From assembly GCA_964606555.1 (NCBI GenBank), contig CAZSGU010000002.1, positions 1 to 49,240 of the forward strand: a stretch of 49,240 nucleotides of DNA, given 5' to 3'. The notes under the pieces were generated by a model. The model ran no database searches. It was not told the origin of the DNA and saw only the letters and a program-made list of their open reading frames with translations. Position numbers and translations under genes: made by a program. The stretch is from an uncultured bacterium. Lineage in GTDB: Bacteria; Fidelibacterota; Marinisomatia; Marinisomatales; Marinisomataceae. Below, one piece after another: positions 8,412 through 18,552 of the stretch; positions within the stretch are counted from its first letter, which is position 1, and the number at the start of each line of letters is the position of its first letter.

Positions 8412-9137
8412 ATGTTTAATGTAAAGCTTGATAATTTTGAAGGACCTCTAGATTTACTGCTTTATTTTATTAAAAGAGATAAGATAGATATCTACGATAT
8501 TCCTATATCAAAGATTACAAAAGAATATATTGATACTATAAATCACGCAAAAAAATTAAATATTGCAGTAGCAGGTGAGTTTATTTTTATGGCTTCATTG
8601 TTAACGCGATTAAAAACAAGAATGCTTTTACCAAAAAGAGAAGATGAAGAAGGTTTTGATATTGATGATCCTCGTATTAACCTGGTAGATCAATTGATAC
8701 AGTATAAGACATTTAAAGAGATTGCTAATCAATTGAAAATTATTCAGAATAATAATAAAGACTTATTTTACCGTCCTATTGATATAGATTCTTCAGATGA
8801 GACAATAAACCCAGATGAATTTTTAAGAGAAGTATCATTATTTGATATATCAAAGATTTTTAAAGAAGCACTTTCAAATGCACCTATAAGTGATTCACTG
8901 GATATTCATAGAGAAAAGATATCACTTACGGAACAAAAAAATTTTATAATTGCAAATTTTGATAAAAAAGGCAATCTCTCGTTAGATAAGTTAATAAAAA
9001 AATTAAAAAGCAAACTCGAGATTATTGTCACATTTTTAGCTTTATTAGAAATGATTAGAACAGCAGAATTAGTTTGTAAACAAAAAGATGCTTTTGGTCA
9101 AATTAACATAAAATTAAATATTGGTGCCGAAGCATGA
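8412..9137 (+). CDS. scpA: segregation and condensation protein A
   Basis: 241 aa. The N-terminus LDNFEGPLDLLLYFIKRDKIDIYDIPISKIT is the ScpA signature, and scpB follows directly. Confidence 0.85.
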   Translation: MFNVKLDNFEGPLDLLLYFIKRDKIDIYDIPISKITKEYIDTINHAKKLNIAVAGEFIFMASLLTRLKTRMLLPKREDEEGFDIDDPRINLVDQLIQYKTFKEIANQLKIIQNNNKDLFYRPIDIDSSDETINPDEFLREVSLFDISKIFKEALSNAPISDSLDIHREKISLTEQKNFIIANFDKKGNLSLDKLIKKLKSKLEIIVTFLALLEMIRTAELVCKQKDAFGQINIKLNIGAEA

Positions 9138-9682
9138 TGAATGATGAATTAATTATTGAATCATTATTATTTGTTCTTTCTCAACCACTGAAACAATCCG
9201 ATCTTAAAAAAGTATTTGATAATGGTAATACTCCATCTTTGGATAATATAGTTGAAAAACTCAATCGAAAATATAAAGACAATGCTTTTCAGATTTCAAA
9301 AATAGGTGGTGGATATATGCTCGTGAGCAAAAAAGATTTTGAACCATTTATTTCAAAAATATTACCTAATAAAAAACTAATCTTGTCGAATGCTGGTTTA
9401 GAAGTATTAGCTATCATTGCTTATAAACAGCCAATTAATAGGTTAGAAATTGAATCAATAAGAGGCGTTGATTGTAAAGGTGTAATAAAAAATCTACTCA
9501 CAAAGAAATTAATTAAGATAAAAGGAAGAGATGATAGTCCTGGAAGAGCTTTGTTATACTGCACTACCGAAGAATATTTGAAACATTTTGGTCTAGAGGA
9601 TTTATCTGATATGCCAAAACATAATGAAATTTCTGAAATAGTCGATTCTCAAGAGGATAAAATCAGTAGTGAAATTATTTAA
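9134..9682 (+). CDS. scpB: segregation and condensation protein B
   Basis: 182 aa with IIESLLFVLSQPL and LEVLAIIAYKQPINRLEIESIRGV winged-helix blocks. It overlaps scpA as ATGA. Confidence 0.85.
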   Translation: MMNDELIIESLLFVLSQPLKQSDLKKVFDNGNTPSLDNIVEKLNRKYKDNAFQISKIGGGYMLVSKKDFEPFISKILPNKKLILSNAGLEVLAIIAYKQPINRLEIESIRGVDCKGVIKNLLTKKLIKIKGRDDSPGRALLYCTTEEYLKHFGLEDLSDMPKHNEISEIVDSQEDKISSEII

Positions 9683-10382
9683 ATTTGTTGCTTCTTCTGG
9701 TCTTTTATCTAGAAGGAAATCCCAAGAGTCTATAAAATCAGCCCTTGTTACAGTAAATAATATTGTTGAGATGGATCCGTTTGTCTATATGAATCCTGAA
9801 AAAGATATAGTAAGACTTGATGGACAAAAAATAAAGTTTAGAAGAGAATTTGAAACAATTATACTCCATAAACCAAAAGGATTCATTTGTTCTAGAAGTG
9901 ATGAATTACATAGAAAAACAATCTTTGATTTAATTCCAAAGAAAGCTACTCTCAATTATATTGGAAGATTAGATAAAAATACAACTGGTATAATTCTGTT
10001 AACTAGTGATGGTAATCTATCTCAATTCCTAACACATCCAAAAAATAAAATTTCTAAAGAATACATTGCTGAAGCAACAGCGCAAATACAAGAATCACAA
10101 GTAAAAAAAATTAAAAAGGGTATTTTTATTGGGTCTGGAGAGAAAGGAAAAGCAGAAATATTATCTCAGAAAAAAGTGAAAAATACATTTCATATTAAAA
10201 TGATCTTAAAACAAGGAAAAAAAAATGAGATTAGGAGAATATTCAAGTTTTCCAACATAAAATTACTTTCCTTAAAAAGAGTTAAGTTTGGAAATATTGC
10301 TTTAGGAGATTTAAAGGAAGGTTTTTGGAGAGAATTAACGAAAAAAGAAAAAGAATATTTAAAGAAAGTTCGTCTAAAATGA
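9669..10382 (+). CDS. rluB: pseudouridine synthase, RsuA/RluB family
   Basis: GTG start. It has an S4 domain (LFKFVASSGLLSRRKS) and the catalytic block GRLDKNTTGIILLTSDG. Confidence 0.8.
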   Translation: MKLFKFVASSGLLSRRKSQESIKSALVTVNNIVEMDPFVYMNPEKDIVRLDGQKIKFRREFETIILHKPKGFICSRSDELHRKTIFDLIPKKATLNYIGRLDKNTTGIILLTSDGNLSQFLTHPKNKISKEYIAEATAQIQESQVKKIKKGIFIGSGEKGKAEILSQKKVKNTFHIKMILKQGKKNEIRRIFKFSNIKLLSLKRVKFGNIALGDLKEGFWRELTKKEKEYLKKVRLK

Positions 10383-10440
10383 GAACATTTTAAAAATGTT
10401 GGCATTTATTTAAAGTAAGACTAACTTTCTGAGCAATTTT

Positions 10441-11100
10441 ATGATTATAACAATTGATGGAGCTGCTGCTGTTGGTAAAACTACCATCGCAAAGAGCTTA
10501 GCGAGTAAGCTAGGCTATCAGTATTTAGATACTGGAGCTATGTATAGAGCTGTTACTTATTTTTTTAGACAACATTCTATCGATATCAGTTCTGAAAGTC
10601 AGGTCAGAAAAATGTTAGATATTTTAAATTTGGAAATAGACTTTATCTCGGGCAATAGCATCACGGTATTATTGGATAATAAAGATGTGAGCTCACTAAT
10701 TCGTAGTAAAGAAATTACGAATGCAGTAAGTGAGGTTAGTGCATTGCAACCTGTAAGAGAAAGAATAGTAAAAATACAGAAAGATATCACAAAAAATGGT
10801 AACTTTGTTATCGAGGGAAGAGATATTGGGACAGTAATTTATCCGGGAGCAAAGTATAAATTTTTTGTGACAGCTGACTATGACACTAGAGCAGAAAGAA
10901 GATTAAAAGACTTTAAGAGATTAAATGAGGATTTAAACATTAACAAAATAAAACAAGATTTGATAGATAGAGATCAGTATGACAGTAGTCGTAAACTTTC
11001 TCCATTGAAACAAGCAGGCGATGCAATTGTAATTGATACATCAAACTGCACTGCTGATGATGCAGTTAATCAAATCTATAAACACATTGAGAGAAACTAA
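10441..11100 (+). CDS. cmk: cytidylate kinase
   Basis: 219 aa with P-loop ITIDGAAAVGKTT, DTGAMYRA and EGRDIGTV. It keeps the conserved cmk-rpsA synteny. Confidence 0.9.
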   Translation: MIITIDGAAAVGKTTIAKSLASKLGYQYLDTGAMYRAVTYFFRQHSIDISSESQVRKMLDILNLEIDFISGNSITVLLDNKDVSSLIRSKEITNAVSEVSALQPVRERIVKIQKDITKNGNFVIEGRDIGTVIYPGAKYKFFVTADYDTRAERRLKDFKRLNEDLNINKIKQDLIDRDQYDSSRKLSPLKQAGDAIVIDTSNCTADDAVNQIYKHIERN

Positions 11101-11105
11101 ATAAT

Positions 11106-12869
11106 ATGAATGATCAACCTAAACAAGACATAAATAACGAAGTAGTAGAGGAAGCAGCAGTAGAAGTACCAGTAGAGCAACAAACTACTGAACAAGTTTC
11201 AGAAGAAGTATCTTCTAAAAAAACAATTAAAGATTATTTAAGCAAAGATTTATTTAGTGATGTAAAAATAATTTCTGGTAAAGAAAGTGATGAAGAAGTT
11301 AATAGTTTAGATAAGTCTAATTTAGATGAATATGAAAATACTTTTAAGGATATCTCTGAGAATCAAATTATATCAGCAAAAGTAATCGGAATTAGTGAGA
11401 ATGATATTATGGTTGATATAGGTTTTAAATCTGAAGGGTTGATTAACAGATCAGAATTTAATAATAAAGACTTACCTGAGATTGGTTCTAAGATAGATAT
11501 TTTTCTTGAAAAATTTGAGGATACTGATGGAAATATAACACTTTCAAAATATAAAGCTGATTTTATTAAAAGATGGGATCAGTTAAGAGAATTTTGCGAT
11601 AATGCGAAACCTGTTAAAGGAAAAATTATCAAGAGAGTTAAAGGTGGTCTTGTGGTTGATCTTGATGTAATCCAAGCTTTTCTCCCTGGATCTCAAGTTG
11701 ATGTTCAACCGGTAAAGAATTTTGATGATTTCTTAAATAAAGAATTTGATTTTCAGATTGTGAAAGTTGATGAATTAAGAAAAAATCTTGTTGTCTCAAG
11801 AAAAGCCATACTTCAAGAATCTTTAAATGAAAAAAGACAAGAAATTATGGATCAAATTAAAGTTGATGGAAGAATTTCCGGTATAGTCAAGAATATTACT
11901 GATTTCGGTGCTTTTATTGATTTAGGTGGTATAGACGGTTTAATACATATTACTGATTTTTCATGGGGAAGAATTAATCATCCGTCTGAAGTTGTGTCAG
12001 TTGGAGATAAAGTTGACGTAAAAGTTATTGATTATAATAAAGAAACATCAAGAATTTCCCTTGGTATCAAACAGTTGACGGATAACCCTTGGAAATTAAT
12101 TCCTGATAAACATAATGTTGGTGATGTTATATCAGGCAAGATAGTAAGCATTATGAACTATGGTATTTTTCTTGAAATTGAAAAAGGTGTAGAAGGATTA
12201 GTGCACATATCAGAAATTTCATGGAATAAAAATATTGAAAATTTATCTGAACATTATAAAGCAGGGGATATGTTAGAATCAAAAATATTATCTATTGATA
12301 TCGAAGATCAAAAAATTAGTCTTGGTATTAAACAGTTAACAGAAGATCCGTGGAAAAATGTATCATCTCAGTTTGCTGTAGATGATAAAATTAAAGGATC
12401 AATTAATAATATTACCAAATTTGGTGCATATGTTAATTTAGGAGATAACATTGAAGGTTTTATAAGGAATACAGATTTTCACTGGACAAAGAATATTTCT
12501 CATGCAAAAGAATTTATCAAAAAAGAAGATAGTGTTGAATTAATTGTATTAGAAATCTCGGATAAAGATAGAAAAATATTCTTAGGTATGAAACAAATGA
12601 CTGAAAATCCTTGGCCTGAAATAAAAAAACAGTATTTGTCTGGACAAGCAATTCAAGGAACTTTTAATAATTTAACCGATTCTGGAATGGTTATTAATCT
12701 TGAGAATGATATTGAAGGTTTTGTTCCAGTAGATAAGATTTCAAAAAAATTAAGAAAAAATTACTTATCATCAATCAAGCAAGGGGAACTTGTTGATTTA
12801 CTAGTTGTTGAAGTTGAAGAGAAAGATAAAAGAGTTATCTTGATGTTTAATCAACCTGATGAAGATTAA
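11106..12869 (+). CDS. rpsA: 30S ribosomal protein S1
   Basis: 587 aa with six S1 OB repeats (for example GIVKNITDFGAFIDLGGIDGLIHITD). An acidic N-terminal extension is also present. Confidence 0.9.
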   Translation: MNDQPKQDINNEVVEEAAVEVPVEQQTTEQVSEEVSSKKTIKDYLSKDLFSDVKIISGKESDEEVNSLDKSNLDEYENTFKDISENQIISAKVIGISENDIMVDIGFKSEGLINRSEFNNKDLPEIGSKIDIFLEKFEDTDGNITLSKYKADFIKRWDQLREFCDNAKPVKGKIIKRVKGGLVVDLDVIQAFLPGSQVDVQPVKNFDDFLNKEFDFQIVKVDELRKNLVVSRKAILQESLNEKRQEIMDQIKVDGRISGIVKNITDFGAFIDLGGIDGLIHITDFSWGRINHPSEVVSVGDKVDVKVIDYNKETSRISLGIKQLTDNPWKLIPDKHNVGDVISGKIVSIMNYGIFLEIEKGVEGLVHISEISWNKNIENLSEHYKAGDMLESKILSIDIEDQKISLGIKQLTEDPWKNVSSQFAVDDKIKGSINNITKFGAYVNLGDNIEGFIRNTDFHWTKNISHAKEFIKKEDSVELIVLEISDKDRKIFLGMKQMTENPWPEIKKQYLSGQAIQGTFNNLTDSGMVINLENDIEGFVPVDKISKKLRKNYLSSIKQGELVDLLVVEVEEKDKRVILMFNQPDED

Positions 12870-13857
12870 TACACCCAAATTAAAAGATACTAATATACCT
12901 CAATTAAGAAGAATATCTTATTCTGTTCTTATAGCATTTATTTTCTGGTTTTTTATTAAGAGTGAAGATGATTATTTGGTAACACAGAAAATTCCTCTGG
13001 TTGCAAGAAATTTACAAGAACAAAAGACATATAAAGAAGAAGTTCCAAGGGATATTCTTGTCACAATAAAAGGATCTGGTAGATCATTTATATGGCTTGC
13101 ATTGTTTGAGAATTTCTACGATGACTATAAAGCAATTATTGATTTAAGTAGTATTGCTGATCAATATGATTTCAATTTAAATGAATACTATCGAGATAAC
13201 CCAACAAAAATAGTTTTACCAGCCTCTTTGGGTTTGCAATTTGTAGAAGTTGTTTCTCCAAAAAATATTATAATTAATTTAGATCAATATTTGGTAAAAA
13301 AAGTACCAATTCAATCACAAGTATTTATCTCAACAGAATCAGGATATATACAAGTCAGCAATGAAAATTTTGTTCCAGACTCTATTAATATCGGTGGACC
13401 GCAAGAAATTGTAAATGATATTAAATTTGTAAGAACTCAAAGAGATACTCTATTAAACCTAATGGCATCAATAGAGGGAGAATTATCAATTATTGATCCA
13501 AATAAATTAGTTAATTTTGATCCAAAGAAAGTTCAAATGTATATTAATATTCAACCTATTACCGAAGAAAATATTACAAGTATCCCAGTACAACTGCTTA
13601 ATAAACCAGATAATATTGAGGTTTTTGTGAAACCTAATCAAGTATCTTTGACTGTAGTTGGAGGACTTAATGCGGTTGCAAATATTATTCCTGAAGATAT
13701 TCTAGTTACAATTGATTTTAAAGATTGGAATATTGAAAAACAGTTTTATTCTCCTAGTGTTAAGATTCCTGATAGTATCTCTAAATGGGAAAATTTAACT
13801 CCAAACAATTTAGAAATTCTTGTTGTTGATAGAGAAGAACCAATCAGAGAAAATTGA
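12859..13857 (+). CDS. YbbR-repeat membrane-anchored protein
   Basis: 332 aa with an N-terminal TM helix. Repeated beta-rich modules carry blocks such as ILVTIKGSG and VSLTVVGGLNAV, as in YbbR/CdaR domains. Confidence 0.5.
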   Translation: MKINTPKLKDTNIPQLRRISYSVLIAFIFWFFIKSEDDYLVTQKIPLVARNLQEQKTYKEEVPRDILVTIKGSGRSFIWLALFENFYDDYKAIIDLSSIADQYDFNLNEYYRDNPTKIVLPASLGLQFVEVVSPKNIIINLDQYLVKKVPIQSQVFISTESGYIQVSNENFVPDSINIGGPQEIVNDIKFVRTQRDTLLNLMASIEGELSIIDPNKLVNFDPKKVQMYINIQPITEENITSIPVQLLNKPDNIEVFVKPNQVSLTVVGGLNAVANIIPEDILVTIDFKDWNIEKQFYSPSVKIPDSISKWENLTPNNLEILVVDREEPIREN

Positions 13858-14834
13858 TTATTCTTGGAATAGAAACATCTTGCGATGAAACTGGTGTGGC
13901 AATTTGTGATAACTACAAAATTCTTGCCAGTTATAATAAAACCCAATATATACACAAAAAATATGGGGGAGTTGTTCCTGAAATCGCATCAAGAGAACAT
14001 GAAAAATTTTTACCTCAGATTGCTAAAAGAGTCCTAAAAGAATCTAAATTAAACTATTCTGATTTGGATGCTATTGCTGTAACTAATGGTCCGGGATTAA
14101 TGGGTTCTTTATTATCTGGAGTTTCTTTTGCAAAAGGATTATCTCAAGGGTTGAATATTCCAATAATTCCTATTAATCATCTTGAAGCACATCTTCATTC
14201 TGTGTTCATTGAATTTGGTGATTTAATAGAACCTCCCTTTATCAATTTACTTGTTTCAGGTGGACATACACAACTTTGGATGGTCCAATCTAATTCTAAA
14301 TATAGTCTTTTAGGAGAAACTCTAGACGATGCATGTGGAGAAGCATTTGACAAAGGAGCAAAGACATTGGGTTTGAATTATCCTGGTGGTCCAGAGATAG
14401 AGAAGTTATCAAAAGGCGGAGATCATAAGTTGATTGATTTTCCTCGTCCTATGATACATGATAAAAGTTATAATTTTAGCTTTAGTGGTTTAAAAACTGC
14501 TTTGATTAACTACATCAAGAAGAATGATAAATATTCACCAAATGATATTGCTGCTAGTTATCAAGAAGCTATTGTGGATACTTTAGTGATTAAATTAAAT
14601 AAAGCTATGGATAATTTTAAAATTGATACTGGTATTATTTGTGGTGGAGTTGCAGCAAACAAAAGATTAAGAGAAAAACTAGAACAATTGGATAAAAAGA
14701 TTCTTTTTCCTTCCCTAAAATATTGTACTGATAATGCAGATATGATTGCATTTTTAGGAGAGAAAAAAATGAATACTAAGTCTGTTAAGACGGGAATAGA
14801 TTTTTCTGCTTATTCAAGAGGAATAGTTCTTTAA
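13854..14834 (+). CDS. tsaD: tRNA N6-adenosine threonylcarbamoyltransferase
   Basis: TTG start overlapping the previous stop (TTGA). Motifs are ILGIETSCDET, INHLEAHL and GGVAANKRL. Confidence 0.9.
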   Translation: MIILGIETSCDETGVAICDNYKILASYNKTQYIHKKYGGVVPEIASREHEKFLPQIAKRVLKESKLNYSDLDAIAVTNGPGLMGSLLSGVSFAKGLSQGLNIPIIPINHLEAHLHSVFIEFGDLIEPPFINLLVSGGHTQLWMVQSNSKYSLLGETLDDACGEAFDKGAKTLGLNYPGGPEIEKLSKGGDHKLIDFPRPMIHDKSYNFSFSGLKTALINYIKKNDKYSPNDIAASYQEAIVDTLVIKLNKAMDNFKIDTGIICGGVAANKRLREKLEQLDKKILFPSLKYCTDNADMIAFLGEKKMNTKSVKTGIDFSAYSRGIVL

Positions 14835-14836
14835 TA

Positions 14837-16075
14837 ATGAGAAGTAAATATAAGCTGTTTCTTTTTTGGGCATCAATTGGTACGGCTATAGGTGGAGCAA
14901 TTTATATAAACTCTCTTTTCTTTTTTGCTGATGAGACTGATATCATTACAGATAATATAATTACAGAAAATATTGAATTAAAAACTCCAGAAGATATAGT
15001 AGATATAGCTATAAAAAATATTATCGTATACCCTAACAGGTCTGATCAAGAATCAATATATATTGATATTGAAATCCAAAATACTAATGGAGATGAAACT
15101 GTCCAAGTCAGTCTTTCAAATGACAATAATCTTATTGGTTCAGACCAGATTAGTTTAAAGTCTAACCAAAAAGTTTATTTCCAATCATTTTTATTAAGGG
15201 ATAATATTAATTTTGAATCCAAATTTGATGTAAAAGTTTCTAGTTTAAAGCATGAAGACAACATTGAAAATAATAGGTATAGTTTTAATGTAAACTTAGA
15301 GTCGGATAATTCAAAGATTGCAATTATTAGTGGAAACTTGAATTTTAATTCAATGGCTATTATTAATCATATTGGAAATAATTTTGACCATTTTATACCT
15401 AATTTTGAGACAGGGATTCATGATTTCAAAGATTTCTGGTTTAAGAAATATGATCTAGTTATTCTAGATAATTTCCCAAATCATATTATATCAGATAAAT
15501 GGTTGGAATTATTTATCAGAAAGCTTTATTCTCAAAATACTGCCTTAATTCTTTCCATTGGCAATAATCAGAATTTTGATTCTTTAATTAAATTATCTCC
15601 ACTTTTTGGAGTTAAAACTGATTCTAAAGAAGATTTAGATAATATATCAAAAAGAACTTTCTTTGAAAAAAATCAGTTTAAATCTGTTTTAATTAATAAT
15701 GCAAATTTTTATAAAGATTTTTTGAATGAAAAAAATAATTATTTTGAAGAATCTTTGAAGTGGGCATTGGAAAATAAAAAATTACGTTACAATTTTTTTT
15801 TAGGAAGTGAACATTATAAAATAAATGATAAAATATTTGTTTATGGATTCTCAAATCGTATTGACTTAGAAAAGAAGATATTTACTGCAAAAATTTCTAT
15901 TGATAATAAATATCTATATGATAAAAAGCTCTATTTCAATCCAATATCAGATTATTATTTTAGCCAATTTAATATTGATAATTTTGGTAATTATAAAATA
16001 GAGATTATTGATGAAAACGATTTTATACTTGAAACGATAAGTGTTAATATTGTAGAAGAATTAAGTAAATTATAG
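14837..16075 (+). CDS. hypothetical membrane-anchored protein
   Basis: 412 aa with an N-terminal TM helix (LFLFWASIGTAIGGAIYI). A beta-sandwich-like segment and an alpha/beta segment (KIAIISGN...YDLVILDNFP) follow. I recognise no family with confidence. Confidence 0.4.
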   Translation: MRSKYKLFLFWASIGTAIGGAIYINSLFFFADETDIITDNIITENIELKTPEDIVDIAIKNIIVYPNRSDQESIYIDIEIQNTNGDETVQVSLSNDNNLIGSDQISLKSNQKVYFQSFLLRDNINFESKFDVKVSSLKHEDNIENNRYSFNVNLESDNSKIAIISGNLNFNSMAIINHIGNNFDHFIPNFETGIHDFKDFWFKKYDLVILDNFPNHIISDKWLELFIRKLYSQNTALILSIGNNQNFDSLIKLSPLFGVKTDSKEDLDNISKRTFFEKNQFKSVLINNANFYKDFLNEKNNYFEESLKWALENKKLRYNFFLGSEHYKINDKIFVYGFSNRIDLEKKIFTAKISIDNKYLYDKKLYFNPISDYYFSQFNIDNFGNYKIEIIDENDFILETISVNIVEELSKL

Positions 16076-16078
16076 CAA

Positions 16079-17344
16079 ATGATATCCATACAGAAAATTC
16101 GTGATGATAAATCTTTTGTTCAAAAAGAATTATTAAAGAAAGACAAGTCTATTAGCTTGGACAATATTATTGAATCTGATTCTGAGCTAAGAGATTTAAC
16201 TAAAAAGCTTAATGATCTTCAATCAGAACAGAATAAAAAATCAAAAGAAATTGGAAAATTAAAATCCAAAAAGAATGGCGATAAATCAATATTCGAGGAT
16301 TTAAAAAAATTATCTGATACAATAAAAGAATTAGAACATGAACAACGTACTAAATCTCAGAAACTTAAAGATATGCTTCTTCAAATTCCAAATATGCCAC
16401 ACAAATCTGTACCAATTGGAGAATCTCCTATTGATAATATTATTTCTAAAGAATGTTCTTCAAAGAGAAAATTAAAATTTAAACCAAAAAGCCACGTTGA
16501 TATTGTTAAGAATCTAGATTTAGTAGATTTTGAAGTAGGTGCAAAGATTAGTGGTACAGGTTTTCCTATGTATAAAGGGAATGGAGCTTTGCTTGAGCGT
16601 GCACTTATTAATTTTATGATAGATTATAATTTGAAAAATTATGACTATACTGAAATTTTCCCTCCTTTCTTAGTAAAACCTAGTTCTGCAAATACTACTG
16701 GTCAGTTACCAAAATTTGGTGAAGATATGTACCATATAGAAAAAGATGATTTATACTTAATCCCCACTGCTGAAGTACCATTGACTAATATACATAAAGA
16801 TGAGATATTGAATTTATCTGATTTACCAAAATATTATTTGGCATATTCAGGTTGTTTCAGAAGAGAAGCAGGTTCTTATGGTAAAGATACTAGAGGGTTG
16901 TTGAGAATACATCAATTTAACAAAGTAGAATTAGTAAAATTTGTTCATCCTAAAGATTCATATTCAGAATTAGAGAGTTTAACTAAACAAGCAGCAAAGA
17001 TTTTAGATATGCTAGATTTAGATTATAGAATTGTTGAATTATGTAGTGGAGATTTAAGTTTTGCAGCTTCAAAGTGTTATGATTTAGAAGTATGGGCTCC
17101 AGGAGAAGAAAAATGGTTGGAAGTTTCATCTTGTAGCAATTTTGAAGATTTTCAAGCCAGAAGAGGAAATATAAAATTTAGAGATGAAAATAATAAAATT
17201 AATTATGTTCATACTTTAAACGGATCTGGTCTTGCAACACCAAGAGTTTTTGCAGCTTTACTTGAAACACACCAAACAAAAGATGGTTCAATTAGCATAC
17301 CATCATCTTTGCAGCCTTATACTGGGTTAGCGGAGATTAAATAA
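16079..17344 (+). CDS. serS: serine--tRNA ligase
   Basis: 421 aa with an N-terminal coiled-coil arm. Class II motifs are FRREAGSYGKDTRGL and NGSGLATPR. Confidence 0.92.
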   Translation: MISIQKIRDDKSFVQKELLKKDKSISLDNIIESDSELRDLTKKLNDLQSEQNKKSKEIGKLKSKKNGDKSIFEDLKKLSDTIKELEHEQRTKSQKLKDMLLQIPNMPHKSVPIGESPIDNIISKECSSKRKLKFKPKSHVDIVKNLDLVDFEVGAKISGTGFPMYKGNGALLERALINFMIDYNLKNYDYTEIFPPFLVKPSSANTTGQLPKFGEDMYHIEKDDLYLIPTAEVPLTNIHKDEILNLSDLPKYYLAYSGCFRREAGSYGKDTRGLLRIHQFNKVELVKFVHPKDSYSELESLTKQAAKILDMLDLDYRIVELCSGDLSFAASKCYDLEVWAPGEEKWLEVSSCSNFEDFQARRGNIKFRDENNKINYVHTLNGSGLATPRVFAALLETHQTKDGSISIPSSLQPYTGLAEIK

Positions 17345-18052
17345 TTGAGAAAAATTTGGATTAGTCTTAATATCTTTTTTTGGACCTTCTTTTTGGGCAT
17401 AGGTTCAATGATTTCTATCAAACTATCAAATAATAAAAATAATTTTAAATATTATAGCATAAAATGGTCAGAAATGTTGATTAGAACTTCGGGAGTTCAG
17501 CTAGAAGTAAAAGGGAAAGAAAATATAAAAGATAATGAAAATTATATTTTTGCACCAAATCATTCATCATTTATGGATTTCCCAGTACTGTTTTTGGCTG
17601 TAGATAAATATTTGGTTTTTGTTGCAAAAAAAGAATTAAAAAAGATTCCGATCTTTAAATCAATCTTAAGTATATCAGGTTCTATATTTGTAGATCGTGA
17701 AAATACTAATGATGCTATTGACTCGTTAGATGAATTAAAATCTGATCTTAAAAATACCCCAAGATCAGTTGTAGTTTTTCCAGAAGGGACACGATCAAAT
17801 TCTAATCAATTAAAAAGATTTAAGAAGGGAGCAGCTGTATTATCGATTAATACAGGATTGCCTATTATTCCAGTTTATATCATGGGTTCTTTTGATTGGT
17901 GGAATACAAAAAATTTTAGAAAAAATTCTAATAAAATAATTGTCAATTTTGGTCAACCTATTATTACAGACGATAAACAATACAAAGATCGCGAAAATAT
18001 TACTAATTCTATTAAAAGAGAGATTCTTAAATTACAAAACGATGAATCATAA
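17345..18052 (+). CDS. plsC: 1-acyl-sn-glycerol-3-phosphate acyltransferase
   Basis: TTG start directly after the serS stop. It has an N-terminal TM helix, NHSSFMDFP (HX4D) and FPEGTRS. Confidence 0.85.
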   Translation: MRKIWISLNIFFWTFFLGIGSMISIKLSNNKNNFKYYSIKWSEMLIRTSGVQLEVKGKENIKDNENYIFAPNHSSFMDFPVLFLAVDKYLVFVAKKELKKIPIFKSILSISGSIFVDRENTNDAIDSLDELKSDLKNTPRSVVVFPEGTRSNSNQLKRFKKGAAVLSINTGLPIIPVYIMGSFDWWNTKNFRKNSNKIIVNFGQPIITDDKQYKDRENITNSIKREILKLQNDES

Positions 18053-18512
18053 TTATGAACTAGAAAGTGTAATAACTGAAATAAGAGATTGTAAAAAAAA
18101 TTCTCAGAAAATAGTATTTACAAACGGAGTATTTGATATCTTGCATGTTGGGCATACAAGATATTTAAGTGAAGCAAGTACACTCGGTGATATATTGGTG
18201 GTAGGAATTAATTCAGATAATTCAGTTAAAAAACTAAAAGGTCCTTCTAGGCCAATTAATAAACTTGAAGATAGAGGGTTTATATTATCAGAATTAAAAG
18301 TTGTTAATTATGTAATCAGTTTCGAGGAACAAACTCCGCTTAATTTAATTAAATCAATTATGCCAGATGTTCTCGTAAAAGGTGGAGATTATACAATTAA
18401 AGATGTTGTTGGTGCTCGAGAGGTAATAGAAAGTGGAGGAGAAGTAGAAATATTAGATTTTCATTTGGGGTATAGCTCTACTCATTATATTAATCAAATA
18501 AAAAAACACTAA
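18042..18512 (+). CDS. D-glycero-beta-D-manno-heptose-1-phosphate adenylyltransferase-like cytidylyltransferase (RfaE domain II only)
   Basis: The motif FTNGVFDILHVGHTRYL is an HxGH nucleotidyltransferase signature. The start is set to ATG 18042 (MNHNYELESV), and the track's 17940 extension lies inside plsC. Confidence 0.75.
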   Translation: MNHNYELESVITEIRDCKKNSQKIVFTNGVFDILHVGHTRYLSEASTLGDILVVGINSDNSVKKLKGPSRPINKLEDRGFILSELKVVNYVISFEEQTPLNLIKSIMPDVLVKGGDYTIKDVVGAREVIESGGEVEILDFHLGYSSTHYINQIKKH

Positions 18513-18552
18513 CTTGATTGTCATCGAGTTTCAATATAATTTGGCAAGTTTT

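Noticed and set aside
10384-10400. Perfect AT-rich palindrome AACATTTT-A-AAAATGTT just after the rluB stop, considered as a terminator or operator
   Set aside because: A 1-nt centre cannot form an RNA hairpin loop. The stem is almost all A-T, with no following T-tract beyond the background. Such palindromes are expected by chance in DNA this AT-rich.
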